Source of the DNA: Scyliorhinus canicula
Taxonomy: Eukaryota
Length of the DNA stretch: 64,000 nucleotides
Assembly: GCF_902713615.1 (NCBI RefSeq)
Contig: NC_052152.1
Location: 52,365,810-52,429,809 of the forward strand
Direction: 5' to 3'
In this document: in pieces, positions 25,644 to 37,124 of the stretch
Layout of the letters: each line of letters opens with the position of its first letter
Position numbering within the stretch: position 1 is the first letter of the stretch
Position numbers and translations under genes: made by a program
Notes under the pieces: model-generated
Told to the model about the DNA's origin: nothing
What the model saw: the letters and a program-made list of their open reading frames with translations, nothing else
The model's database searches: none

Positions 25644-25995
25644 AAATCACCAGTGCAATCCTACAAAATCAACAAGGTTTCACAAAAGGGAAATTGTGTT
25701 TAACAAACCTACTTTTTTTTTTGAAGACGTACCTAGTAGGGTAGACAAAGGAGAACTTGGATTACTGGGAGTAAATTTGGATTTCCAAAATGTATTTGAT
25801 AAGATTTCACACAAAAGGTAAGACAAGCCAAGGGCTCCTGGAGTTAGGGGGAATGTACCAGCTTGGATAAAGGATTGGTTAACCAACAGGAAGCAAAGAA
25901 TAAATGGAGAATTCATTTAGCAGGCTATGATTAGTGGAATGTCGGAAGGATCAGTGGCTAAAGTCTAATATAGACTGTAAATAGTTGAGGCAAAG

Positions 25996-26318
25996 TGATA
26001 GAATACCTGAGGCCATTCAACGGGTTTGCATCAAACCTCTGAAAGAGCACTCTAACTAGCCCCCCCCCCCCCCCCCCCCCCCCCCCCGCCCACCCGCCCT
26101 ATCCCTGGATCCCCACCTCCAGATAACCTTTTGACATTAAGGCACAATTTAGCATGGTTATTCCACCTAACTTGCAGAGTGGGAGGAAACCGGAGCAGCC
26201 GGAGGAAACTTACAGATGGAATAGAAAGTGAAAACTCCATACAGACAAACACCCAAGGCTGGAATTGAACCCAGGTCCATGGCGCTGTGAGGCAGCAGTG
26301 CTAACCACCTTGCCACCC
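25996..26318 (-). mobile_element. HE1-type V-SINE (diverged)
   Basis: Head, V-domain and CR1-type tail; long poly-C. Confidence 0.8.
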
Positions 26319-27974
26319 TTAGATAGAAATGTACCTAAATTTGATGACAGGCCAAAACTAGGTGGAAATAGAAGCTATGTGGAAGGCACAAAGAGGCTGC
26401 AGAGAGATATGACTGGTTAATGAGCGGGCAACAAGGTGGCAGATAAGAGTATAACGTGGAGAAGGGAGAGGTTATTCGTTTTGCTCACAAGAATGCATAA
26501 TCAAAACTTTTTATTTAAAAAATGTGCGAAACTTGTAAAAGAGGTTCAGAGGGATTTGGGTACACTCATACAAAGAACACATCAGCATACAGGTACAGCA
26601 AGCAATTAGAAAGGAAAATGGAAAGGTGGGCTTTATTCGTAAGCTTCAATAAATCTTGCTATAACTGCACAGAATTTTAGTGAGAAAACCTGGGGGAAAT
26701 GGCCAGAATTTTACTCAGCTCCCCCCTCAAAAGTGGATTCTCAGAGGCAGTGGGGGAAGAGATGTGGATGGTCAAGCGTGAAACCGTATGGATGGAATTC
26801 TTTCCGGGCTCCGGCTGCCCTGACCTGGCTGCGATTTCTTGCTGGGATGGGTAGGGCCTCCAGCAAGAGGCCTGCCCTTTCCCCAATTAAGGACCTTAAG
26901 GGAAGGCCTGATAAAAACAGGAAAGAGAATGTGCGCAATCCCCTGAACTTTCCCTACCCTCCCCACCCTGGAACCACAGGCCCGTAGCCGCCCTCTTGGT
27001 TCCACGCAGTTCCCTGTAGTACTTCGTCTGGCCACTGCAGCACTGTGCCTGGAGAGGCTGGAGAGCCACTGGCCAATTTTACTAAATTTTAACATTTGCA
27101 TTATCTACGGATTTTATTTTTAAAAAATCATACGTAGTGTCAACTTTTTGTCGAACAATTAACAGACAAGGCAGTTGGGAAACAGGAAAGCAGTTGTTCG
27201 CGAAACTACAAAGTTGTGTTATGAGGGAGCTCCTTGGAGTCTTGAGCTGAAGCTATCCAAAAGGCCACAATGCAATTAATTGTTTGTTTTTAAAAATCAG
27301 TTTGAATGAATGAGAAAGCTAAAATAAGCCTGAATTTATGTGCCAGAGATGGAAACTTTGTTTCTCATAAGATGCCAGGAAGTGGTTTCAACAGCTTTAG
27401 CATGGGATTTGGTTAAGATATGTTGACAAGAGAATGTGACTTTTATTTATGGCTCGTGTCTATGTAAACTTCTGGAGTTTATGAGCGATAAAGCAGGGAT
27501 TGATGCGAAGATGGTGTGACAGGAGATGATTTGCGTCCTGCAGCCAACAGGAGGAGTGAGATTTGGACCATCTCCAAAGAAAAAAGGGGAAATCAAGGGA
27601 TATGAGAGCAAGTGAAAAAGAGGAGTTCAAGTGAAAGATCAGGCATGATCATATTGAATGGTGGAGGCCATAGGCGCTTCTTATGCTCGCATTTTTTAAT
27701 CTTCTGGAGTGAGAAAAGTCGTGGAGGAGACATTTTTACTTTGAAGTCAATTCAGGCCTCAACAACGGATTTCCATGATAAAGCCCTGATTTGGAGGCAG
27801 ACAGAATGGGCCATTTTAACTCATGGGGCCTATTTAAAGCCAAGCTCTCACATCAACATCGCCAGGCAGAAGTTGGGCAAGCATAGAAGTGGGTCTTTAT
27901 TTGGATCCTGTGGGAATTTTACCCAGCAATCAGATAATTGAGGCCAGGATAGACAGAAGCAAGAGATTCAATGG

Positions 27975-28277
27975 TCATAGATCATAGAATTTACAGTGCA
28001 GAAGGAGGCCATTCGGCATATCGAGCCTATACTAGCCCTTGAAAGAGCACCCTACTTAAGCCCACACACCCACCATCTCCCTGCAACCTAGCAACCCCAC
28101 CTAACCTTTGGACACTACGGGCAATTTAGCATGGCCAATCCACCTAGCCTGCGCATATTGGGGTTGAGGTGGAGACCCATGCAGACACGGGGAGAATGTG
28201 AAAACTTCGCACGGACAGTGACCCAGGGCCTGGATCGAACCCAGGTATTCGGCACAGTGAGGCAGCAGTGCTAACCG
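27975..28277 (-). mobile_element. HE1-type V-SINE
   Basis: tcatagaatttacagtgcagaaggaggccattcgg tail plus V-domain. Confidence 0.88.
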
Positions 28278-28518
28278 TACTAGGTTAGATTACAGTGTGA
28301 ATACTTGCAACTACCATCCTTCACAAAAAGTCAGCTATTTTGAGTTAGCTTTATAGAAATAGCTTAATTAGGCGCAATTCTATTTCAATATTGTTAATAC
28401 ATGTGCCAAAGCAGGCAGATGTAATGAGACACAAAGATATTTTTTGTAAATGCTCTAACTTCATATGTACTGGATTTAATAGCGATTGCACTTGGAAAAC
28501 ATTGAAGAATTTAATTAC

Positions 28519-28902
28519 CTAAAAGACCAACAATGATACCGACAGGACTGGATATTCTCTCCGCTACTTTGTCCCAGGTCCCATTGGTAGACTGGATCCA
28601 GGCAGAGGCTGTACAGTAATAATATCCATTGTCTGTTTCATCAATCTGTTGCACTCTCAGTTGGTAATCGGTACCATTAATCCTGCTCAATGTGACAAAA
28701 TTTGTATTGTTCACCACTGCCGCACGGTTCACGTGCACTAAAACATTATCGCTCAGAGGATGAACTGTTGCAGATATGCTGAAATGCCAGCTCACTTCGA
28801 CTGCCACATCTTCAACTCCTGTTACACTGCAGAGGAGATCAATCTCATCACCTTTGTTTAAAGTGTGGGTCCCTCCCATTGTAGAGACTTGTAGGATCTG
28901 GG
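28519..28902 (-). CDS. PTGFRN: PTGFRN exon 4: Ig domain 3
   Basis: tgtttgttatag|CC CAG ATC; IDLLCSV...VEVSWHF...DNGYYYCTASAWIQ; donor G|gtaatt; 384 nt keeps frame. Confidence 0.92.
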
Positions 28903-29175
28903 CTATAACAAACACATTATATTCGTTAGCAAGGTTTTCCCCAAGAGTATTCCAAACTTCAACAATTACCTGAACTTGACCATTCTGACCAAAGAACATT
29001 GTAGCAGACGGATGAATCAGCCATGAAGTAAGTGACTCATCAAGTTCCTCAGCACAGTTTCAGAAACATTCATGCAAAAAACTGTTAGTTTACATAAGAT
29101 TAATTCATATCATCCGCTAGTCCATAGTGCCTCCTCTGATTTTATAAACAGGGGCGGCTGTAGCATAGTGATAAT

Positions 29176-29277
29176 TACGAAAGAGAAAATGCTGGAAAAT
29201 CTCAGCAGGTTTGGCAGCATCTGTAGGGAGAGAAAAGAGCTAACGTTTCGAGTCCGATGACTCTTTGTCAAAGCTCC
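29176..29277 (-). mobile_element. Penelope-like element terminal fragment with 9-bp TSD
   Basis: AGTGATAAT at 29167-29175 and 29278-29286; homologous to 38755-38858; carries a hammerhead motif, as is typical of PLE pseudo-LTRs. Confidence 0.8.
29236..29277 (-). ncRNA. Minimal type I hammerhead ribozyme motif (U3-A8 variant, palindromic stem III)
   Basis: Minus strand G-GAGCU-UUGACAA-A-GAGUC-AUCG-GACUC-GAAA-CG-U-U-AGCUC-U: stem I 5 bp plus G-U, stem II 5 bp, GAAA, GUU site. Activity untested. Confidence 0.75.
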
Positions 29278-30267
29278 AGTGATAATGACACTGGACTCAT
29301 GATCCAGAGGCCCAAACACATGCTCTAGAGACATGGGTCCAATTCCCACCACAGCAGCTGGCAGAATTTGCATTCAATAAATCTGGAAATGAACATTAGT
29401 CTCAATAATGGTGACCATGACAACGATCATCGATTGCTGTAAAAACCCATCTGGTTCAGGAATGCCCTTTAGGGAAGGAAATCTGCTGTCTTTCCCTGGT
29501 CTGGCCTTCATGTGACTCCAGACCCACAGCAGTGTGTTTGACTCCTAATTGCCCTCTGAAATGGCCTCAGAAGCCACTCAGTTCAAGGGCAATTAGGGAT
29601 GGTCAACAAATGCTGGCCGTACCAATCATATGCTTAAAAGAATAAAGAAACCCTTTCGATTAACCACTTACTGAATCTTATTTTTAAATGTTGACACTGA
29701 AAAATTCTTATGAGCGGCTCAGAGACACGTATTGGTCAACCATATTGATTCAACCATCAGTTCCAGTAGTACCTTCCAGGGATTTACACCCCTCTGTGAA
29801 ACATATTTTCCTACTCGCAACTACCTACTTATTTTAATCTTGCGCCTATTATTCCCCTTCGTTCTAGATCCCTCAACGTTGGAAACAGTATGTTTCTATG
29901 ATTCTGTCCAATATCTTAATTTCAAAAACATCACCGGGCCCTCTATTGCTTAAACATCCTTGTGGAGTAGAACACAAAACCGTAACCTTAGTAAATATTT
30001 TATATCCATGCATTACATCTCAGCTTTTGTATCTTATACCTCTTGCCGCGCAACCCTGTAGTCCATTGATTTCCTCGAGATACTGCTCAGATAATACCTA
30101 CGGTAAAACAGCTTGCCGAAATGAAATATTGGATTTAAACCTGGTTTTTAATGCTTATGTTAGCAATTACATTTAAACCACCCTCTATCCTGGGAAGAGT
30201 CATTCAATAATATTTGCATGAAGATTTAATCAACGTACAATCAAATTATTTGCTGAGAATAACATAC

Positions 30268-30690
30268 CTAATTGTTGCACTGTGACCATTGCAATGTCTG
30301 TAGTTTTTTCTTGGATTTTTTTCCAGTTGGAGCCATCTTCTTTGACCCATTCTGCTGCTACACAGGAGTAAACACCCTCGTCCTCAGGTCGCAAGTGGGT
30401 GATTATCAATTTGAAGATACCATTTTCCTCCATCCCCATTCTAATATCACCACTCTGATACCTATTTTCATACAAATTACCGGGCTGAAACCAGTGACCT
30501 TCAGTGAATGACAGGACGTCCTTAGTCAGACTGCCGTTTACCTTTAACTGCCACGTTACGGAGAGATGAGTGGGAACAGACGAAGTAGTCTTTGCAACAC
30601 ACTGAAGTTCCAGAGGCTTCCCTTGGGTGTAACTCGTGGACTTTACACTTCTTGATTTTTCAGATGATAAAGTCAGTCCATCTGGGATCA
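30268..30690 (-). CDS. PTGFRN: PTGFRN exon 3: Ig domain 2 (EWI motif, here EWV)
   Basis: aaacag|TG ATC CCA; VIPDGL...LELQCVAK...HLSVTW...EDEGVYSCVAAEWVKE...KIQEK; donor G|gtatgt. Confidence 0.95.
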
Positions 30691-31049
30691 CTGTTTGATG
30701 AAGGAATGCATCAGGATTACTAATGAAACGAAAATGCTAGGAAGCTTAAAGAGAAAGTAAACTCAGGACCTTGATCTCGCTCAATAACACCTTCTGTTTC
30801 ATTCACTCAACGTTTCAGTTCTAACTTTTTCTGTGAAAAGGGGGAATTTTTTTTTCAATACAGATTTTAGTGGTGGAGTTTAAAAATCGTCCTAACACAA
30901 ATGTTGGAGTAAAGACCAATGGAATGGTTTTATTATTTGATAGAATATATGTGATGGGTATAATTTAGATACTATTATGTGCTTTGAAGGAATATTCCTT
31001 TTGTGATGATTCAGTTCCATCTAGTTTCGGGCAAGACATTCCACGTCCA

Positions 31050-31450
31050 TTAGCTTAAATGCATCCAAAAAATTCCGAGCCACGGGTTTCCATTTTAGCA
31101 AAACTCTTTAAATTTGTCATCTCATTACCAATGCACCAGCCAGTGGAAATTGATTTGTCCCCAGTTATCTTCGGACTTGCGCCCCACCTGCACTTTTCTC
31201 TGAAAAAATTCCTTCTCGGTCTAAAATGCCTCAGTTTCTCCAGTCTGCCTTTTGTAGTTAAAACCACCTTGGGAGATTCCTGAAGTAAAGCACCCGAGGC
31301 TGACCAGAATGTTCTAATGAGGTTTAACCAATGAGCTGGAGAAGTTGAACTTCACCTCTGTTTTTGCACTTTGTACCTTGGAATGTAGGGACTGAAACAG
31401 AAAGCTTCCATGAACACTTTACAGACTTCATTGATTACACGTTTCTGAAC
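31050..31450 (-). mobile_element. Old CR1 fragment
   Basis: Degenerate RT C-terminal and 3' sequence. Confidence 0.45.
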
Positions 31451-31868
31451 TCACTTACAAAGAGCCATTCTACATGACTAAACCGATTATGGGAACTGGC
31501 AGCTTCCCAGGACCTAGACAGCATTTGCAAGGATATCAGATAGATTGTTTAGAATGCTAAAACTGACAAGTGACAACAAAGCCTAGTGTCAGTAACTGTG
31601 AGACATTACAGGGTAGAAATACTTCACAATTCATTCAGTTATTAACATGAAACCTCCAGCAATCAATGCTCAGCCATGTACGCACTGAAGGAGGCTGTCT
31701 TTTCTACCATCCTTTAACAGCACAATATAAATTGAAGTTATTATGGTTTCACCATCGCTACACTATTCGACTGAAGAGCGACAATTAACTTTCCTGCTTA
31801 ATGCAGGCCGAGACCCTCTGCTTAAATCACATTGTCATTTTGAATCTTGTTATTAGATTCTATGCAAT

Positions 31869-32066
31869 TTAAAAAAAAATTAGAGTACCCAATTATTTTT
31901 TTTTCTAATTAAGGGCCATTTAGAGTGGCCAATCCACCTAACCTACATATCTTTGGGTTGTGGGGATGAAACCCACGCAGGCACGGTGAGAATGTGCAAA
32001 CTCCACACGGACACTAACCCACGGCTGGGATTCGTACCCGGGTCCTAAGCGCCACATGCCGCTCCA
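31869..32066 (-). mobile_element. Short V-SINE with 12-bp TSD
   Basis: ATTCTATGCAAT at 31857-31868 and 32067-32078. Confidence 0.88.
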
Positions 32067-32282
32067 ATTCTATGCAATGTTCACCAATTATAATTTTCTT
32101 TCAATTACAGTACACCAGAATCAAATCATATAAGCAAACTACAGCAATCCAAATATTTTCAAAATTGAAAATGTAAAAGAAAACCATAATCAGTGAAGTA
32201 TAACAATTAACAGAATTCGAATCAAGTATTTTATAGTCAGCGCAGGGTGATTATCGCCCATTCCAGAGTTCTAAACGCAAAG

Positions 32283-32463
32283 TGTCAGCACTGGTGCAGT
32301 GGTAGTGCATTGACCAGTGGAAGAAAGCTGTGAATTCAAACACAATTTCAAGATTATAACCTGAACTGACTAGTGCAGTACTGAGTGTCGTGCAGTGTCA
32401 AAGGTGCCATCTTTCACAGAAGAGCTTAAACTGTTACCCTGTCTGTCGGTGGATGCAAGAGAT
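32283..32463 (+). mobile_element. Old Deu-domain SINE (SacSINE1/AmnSINE-like) 5' part
   Basis: Decayed tRNA head, then agtgcagtactgag..tgcagtgtcaaaggtgccatctttc..ttaaac, resembling the Deu core as recalled. Confidence 0.5.
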
Positions 32464-32464
32464 T

Positions 32465-34337
32465 GAAATGGAGCTGGGACACCCTAAAATATGGCAAAGC
32501 CCTCGAGTACAGTGAAAGTAGGAAGGAACTTAAACGTGGAATTAGGAGGGCTAAAAGGCGTCATGAAATGTCTTCAGCAAACATGGCCAAGGAGAGTCCC
32601 AAGGGTTTTTGTGCATCCATTAGGAGCAACAGGGAAGCAAGAGAAAGAGTAGGCTCACTCAAGGACAATGGAAGAAGTTGGTGGAACCACAGGAAGTGGG
32701 TGAGATACTTAATGAGTACTTTGTATCAGTATTCACCAGGGAGAGGGACATGATGAATATTGAGATCAGGGATAGGTGTACGTATAAACGCTCTTTGAGA
32801 ACATCAATATATCAAAGGAGGAAGTGTTGAGTATCCTAAATTGTATTAAGGTAGACAAGTCCCCCGAGCTGGATGGGATCTATCCCAGGTTACTGTGGAG
32901 GCAAGGGGAGAAATAGCTGGGGCCTTAACAGCCATCTTCATATCCTCTTTGACCACAGGCACGGTTCCAGAGGATGGAGAATAGCCAATGTTGTTCCCTT
33001 GTTTAAGAAAGAAAGCAGGGACAATCCAGCAATTTATTGGCCGGTGAGCCCGACATCAGTGGTGGGGAAGCTTTTAGAAAAGATACTGAGGATATATGCA
33101 CATTGAGGAAAATGGACTAGTTAGTGACAAGCAGCATGGTTTGTATGAAGGTCATGTCTCACCAACTTGATTGAGTTTTTATAAGAAATTAGAAAGAAAA
33201 TTAATGAGAGAAAGGCTGTAGTTTAGTAAGGCATTTGACAAGATCCCACATAGCAGGCTGGTGCAAAAACTAAAATCACATGGGTTTCGGGGTGGGCTTG
33301 CTAAATGGATACAGAACTGGCTTGGTTATAGAAGGCAGGGCGATGGAAGAGTGTTTTTCAGAATGGAGATCTGTAGCTAGTGATATTCCACAGGGATCAG
33401 TGCTGGACCTCTTGTTTGTAGTATACATAAATGATCTGGAGGAAAATGTGGGTAGTCTCTGATTATTAAATTTGCGAATGACACAAAGATTGGTGGAGTT
33501 GCTGATGGTGCTGAGGATACAACAGGATAGGGCCAAGGCCAACAGGATGTAGATAAATTGAAGTCTTAGGCACAGATATGGCAGATGGAGTATAATCTGG
33601 ACAATGCGAGGTGATGCATTTTGGAGGATCAAATCTAGGTAACCCTTAGGAACAAGAATTTAGAGGGATCTGGGTGTGCAGGTCCACAGTTTCCCAAAAG
33701 TGGCAACACAGGTGGCCAAGGTGATTAAGAAGGCATATGGCAGGCTTGCCTTCATCAGCTGGGGCATTGAGTACAGGAGTTGTGAAATCATGTTGCACGT
33801 TGGTTAGGCCGCATTTGGAGAACTTCGTGCAGTTTTGGTCACCACATTATCAGAAGGACATGGAAGCTTTGGAGAGAAGTGCAATGAAGGTTCACCTGGA
33901 TGTTGGCAACGAGGAGAGGTTGAATAAACTAGGATTGTTTCCACTGGAAAGACGGAGGTTGAGGGGAGACCCGATGGAAGTCTACAAATATATGAGAGGC
34001 ATAGACAGGGTGGATAGTCAGAGGCTTTTTCCAAGGGTGGAAGTCTCAATTACAAGGGGGCACAGGTTCAAGGTGAGAGCGTGAAAGTTTAAGGGAGATG
34101 TGCGAGGTAAGTTTTTCCACACAGAGTGGTGGGTGCCTGGAACCCACTGCCAGACGATGTGGTGGAAGCAGGCACATCAGCAATATTTAAGAGGCATCTG
34201 GATGGGTACATGAATAGGGAGGAAATAGAGGGATACGGATCGAGCAAGGGCGGAAGGTTTTTTTTTTAAAGTTACGGGCATCATGATCGGCACAGGCTTG
34301 GAGGGCCGAAGGGCTCCTGTGCTGCACTTTTCTTTGA
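32465..34337 (+). mobile_element. CR1 LINE ORF2 3' half (decayed) and 3'UTR
   Basis: VDKSP.LDGIYPRLL, YWPVSPTSVVGKLLEKI, PQGSVL, YINDL, FANDTK, VRPHLE..VQFWSPHY. Confidence 0.92.
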
Positions 34338-34523
34338 TGCTCCAGGAAACACTAACACCTCAGCAGCCACCACCAGATTAACTCGTCATTCACCATTTTG
34401 CTCTTGGTGGCACCTTGCTCTGTGCAAATATGTTGCAACACCATTTCAACAACTCCCACACAAGCCTCAATGGTACCGAACTAATTGCTCAGATATTCCA
34501 CTCGGGGATGGAGAAGAAATGGA

Positions 34524-34819
34524 ATAGAACAAAATCCCTACAGTGCAGAAGGAGGCCGTTCAGCCCATCAAGTCTGCACCGATCCTATGATAGAGCACCC
34601 ACCCAGATGCTCCCCCACCCTATCCTCGTACCCCCACCTAATCTGCACATCCCTCGACACTATGGGGTAATTTTAGCACGGCCAATCCACTTAATCCATA
34701 CATCTTTGGCTAGAAACCCATACAGAGAATGTGCAAATTCCACACAGACAGTCACCAAAGGCCAGTATGGACCCCAGTCCCTGGCGCTGCGAGGCAGCAG
34801 TGTTAACCATTGTGCCACC
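34524..34819 (-). mobile_element. HE1-type V-SINE (internal deletion)
   Basis: CR1-type tail, partial V-domain, tRNA head. Confidence 0.8.
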
Positions 34820-35283
34820 AAAAGGAGAGGGTGTAGAGAGAATTAGTGATTGGAAGACACAAGGTAAAGGAGCAACAGTGTCTGACATGAAGAGAGAGAA
34901 ACAAATACCCCCTATAGATAGGACAAACCACCTGAACCCCAGGTGCTGAACATTCATCTGAAAATCTATGCAAGGGCGGAGAACTGCTGCAAATCATGAA
35001 CATTCTTTTGAAGATGGAAAGTTGCAGAAGCATACAAGCTACATGACCATTAACACAATGAAGGCAATTTGTGAAGTATTGCAGTTCACCCTGTGGTTGC
35101 CCAAGAAAGATCTGCAGCTAAACTGCTGAAATGTGACCACAGACAAGACAGTCCAACTCTGGAATGGAAGCTATGAATTGCATCGATAAACTCCTAGCAA
35201 GACAGCCATAACAGCACCAGATCGTCCTGGCCACATCTGGGATTGTGTGATCTGTTCTGCGACTGACAATTCCCCGCATACAT

Positions 35284-35585
35284 GGGTGGCACTGCAGCAC
35301 AGTGGTTAGCACTGTTGCTTCACAGCTCCAGGATCTGAGGTTCAATTCCCGGCTTGGCTCACTGTGTGCAGAGTCTGAAAATTCTCCCAGTGTCTGCGTG
35401 GGTTCCCTCCGGGTGCTCCAGTTTCCTCCCACAAGCCCCGAAAGACGTGCTGTTGGTTAATTTGGACATGCTGAATTCTCCCTCTGTGTACCCGAACAGG
35501 CGCCACAATGTGGCGACTAGGAGCATTTCACAGTAACTTCATTGCTGTGTTAATGTAAGTCTACTTGTGACAATAAAGATTATTA
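35284..35585 (+). mobile_element. V-SINE with alternative tail
   Basis: Same architecture as 9245-9554. Confidence 0.88.
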
Positions 35586-36761
35586 CAGTAGGATATAGGG
35601 AGTAATAACTGAAGATGCTGCTGTGTCTCAAGGAGGAATGACAATATATATTCAAAATGCTGTGAGAATCTGGTCCCTGCACCTACTTAAATCATGTTAT
35701 AAAGTCTCACTTATTTTAGGCGAATTGGCTATGCTAAATTGCCTCTTACGTGTTCAAAACATGTACAGTTCAGGTGAATTGGCCATGATCAATGCACAGA
35801 GTTACAGGAAAGGGCAGGGGGAGTGAGCTCAGACAGAGTCCCAGAGGGTCAGTGCAGACCTGATAGCCGAATGGCCTCCTTCTGCACTGTCAGGATTCTA
35901 TGGATTTTGGTGAGGAACAGATTGCATGTTTTACTATCCTTATTAGAATTTAACCTCTGTGCACTACTAAGTGGTATAGTGAAATAGATGATGTACTTCT
36001 AATGGTTTCTGGTCACAACCTTTTAAGCCAGTGACAGTGTAAAGGCATTTGGCACTGGTTAAATTAATGGCTAAAATTTCTTAATTCAAAAATACACTAG
36101 AAAAATAACAAGAGAACAGAGGGTGCTGGAAAAATTCAGCAGGTCTGCCAGCATTTCTATCCAACTAAAATAACTAATCATACATGCATGACATAATGAG
36201 CAAATACAGACCAGAAAGACAGAATTCCATTTATGGGCCCTGCCAATTTAACTAATCTTAGTCAGGGTAAGAGTAGGGACACAGCAATTAGCAACAGTAC
36301 TCCTACCTTGATACAGGGGGTTGGGTGGGAGGTTGGGGTAGGGGATAATAGAAGTAAGACACCAGTGTTCCTTTTTTCTGATCAATTGTCAGGAACTGTC
36401 ACCAGAGAGCGGTGTGTTTATGCAGGTGTATGAGACAAGTAAAGATAAGAATAAGCTCAGTTGAGTGGCTTCCACAGTTGAACAACTGATCATTCGTGGT
36501 CAAGATCTTCACATTAAAAAGATAGCTACTTGGGTGAGATAAAGTAAGCTGCCTGAACATGCAGAAGCATATCCCAGTATCAGGCAGCAACTTAAGTGGA
36601 GGGGGGTGAAAATTGGAAAAGGTGAACTTATTTTGCCCCAAATTATAAATAGTGAGAAAGCAGATACAAGTAGGATCAGTGCTATGTAGTCATGTGACAT
36701 ACGCATCCACTTAAAATGAATTAATGGTAATAGCAGTTAATGTATCAATTGCAAAGCTTAC

Positions 36762-37124
36762 CCCTCAAAGTCACACTGTCCTTATAATTTCCAGAACTAT
36801 TTTCATCTGTGCTAGGTGTCTGGCACTCATATTTCCCAGCATCTTCAAATTGTACACTCTTGAAACGCAGCTCAACAGAGTTGTCACCAAGTCTCTCCAC
36901 CCAAATCTCCTTCTTCAGGATTTTATCCTTGTATTCAGCATCTGAAAATTCGGGTTCCAACGTGCTGACAAGATTTTTCGCTCCCCCATTTAACACAATC
37001 CAATCAAAGTTTTGTTCATCTGGCCCTTGATATTCACTAACGTTGCAGGGAATGCTGACTGGCGTTCCAACTACACGGTACAGATCACCTGCTGGGACTT
37101 TCACAACACGTCCTGAACTTAGTC
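36762..37124 (-). CDS. PTGFRN: PTGFRN exon 2: end of signal peptide + Ig domain 1
   Basis: ttttctcacag|GA CTA AGT TCA GGA CGT; RVVKVPAGDLYRVVGTPVSIPCNVSEYQGPDEQNFDW...YECQTPSTDENSSGNYKDSVTLR; donor G|gtaagc. Resembles human RVVRVP...IPCNVSDYDGPSEQNFDW as recalled. Confidence 0.95.

Larger units (their letters stand above)
23390..26690 (+). mobile_element. CR1 RT fragment interrupted by an L1 and a V-SINE
   Basis: LESII...(L1)...QNQQGFTKGKLCLTNL...LDFQNVFDKISHKR...(SINE)...LQRD..WA..WQ; collinear across the inserts. Confidence 0.8.
29151..29650 (+). mobile_element. SINE family B, head interrupted by a 102-bp insert
   Basis: Head ggggcggctgtagcatagtgataat resumes as agtgataatgacactggac after the insert; body aaaacccatctggttc...aagggcaattagggatgg. 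Confidence 0.85.
7195..37124 (-). other. PTGFRN: PTGFRN gene body, coding exons 2-9 (6 Ig-V domains, TM, tail); exon 1 not located
   Basis: Eight exons join in frame (363+423+384+423+414+108+303+164 = 2582 nt incl. stop), all GT-AG and phase 1. Six Ig domains with the last split by a short exon fit PTGFRN rather than IGSF8 (4 Ig), CD101 (7) or IGSF3 (8). Confidence 0.93.

Noticed and set aside
28970-28984. Possible 15-nt micro-exon (ggtcag|AATGGTCAAGTTCAG|gtaatt) just upstream of exon 4
   Set aside because: It would leave a 67-nt intron and has a weak pyrimidine tract. The open frame upstream of 28902 is adequately explained as chance.
7195-37124. Alternative assignment to IGSF8, IGSF3 or CD101
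   Set aside because: Ig domain count (six), the split sixth domain and the TM/tail sequence fit PTGFRN best. Reciprocal BLAST would confirm.
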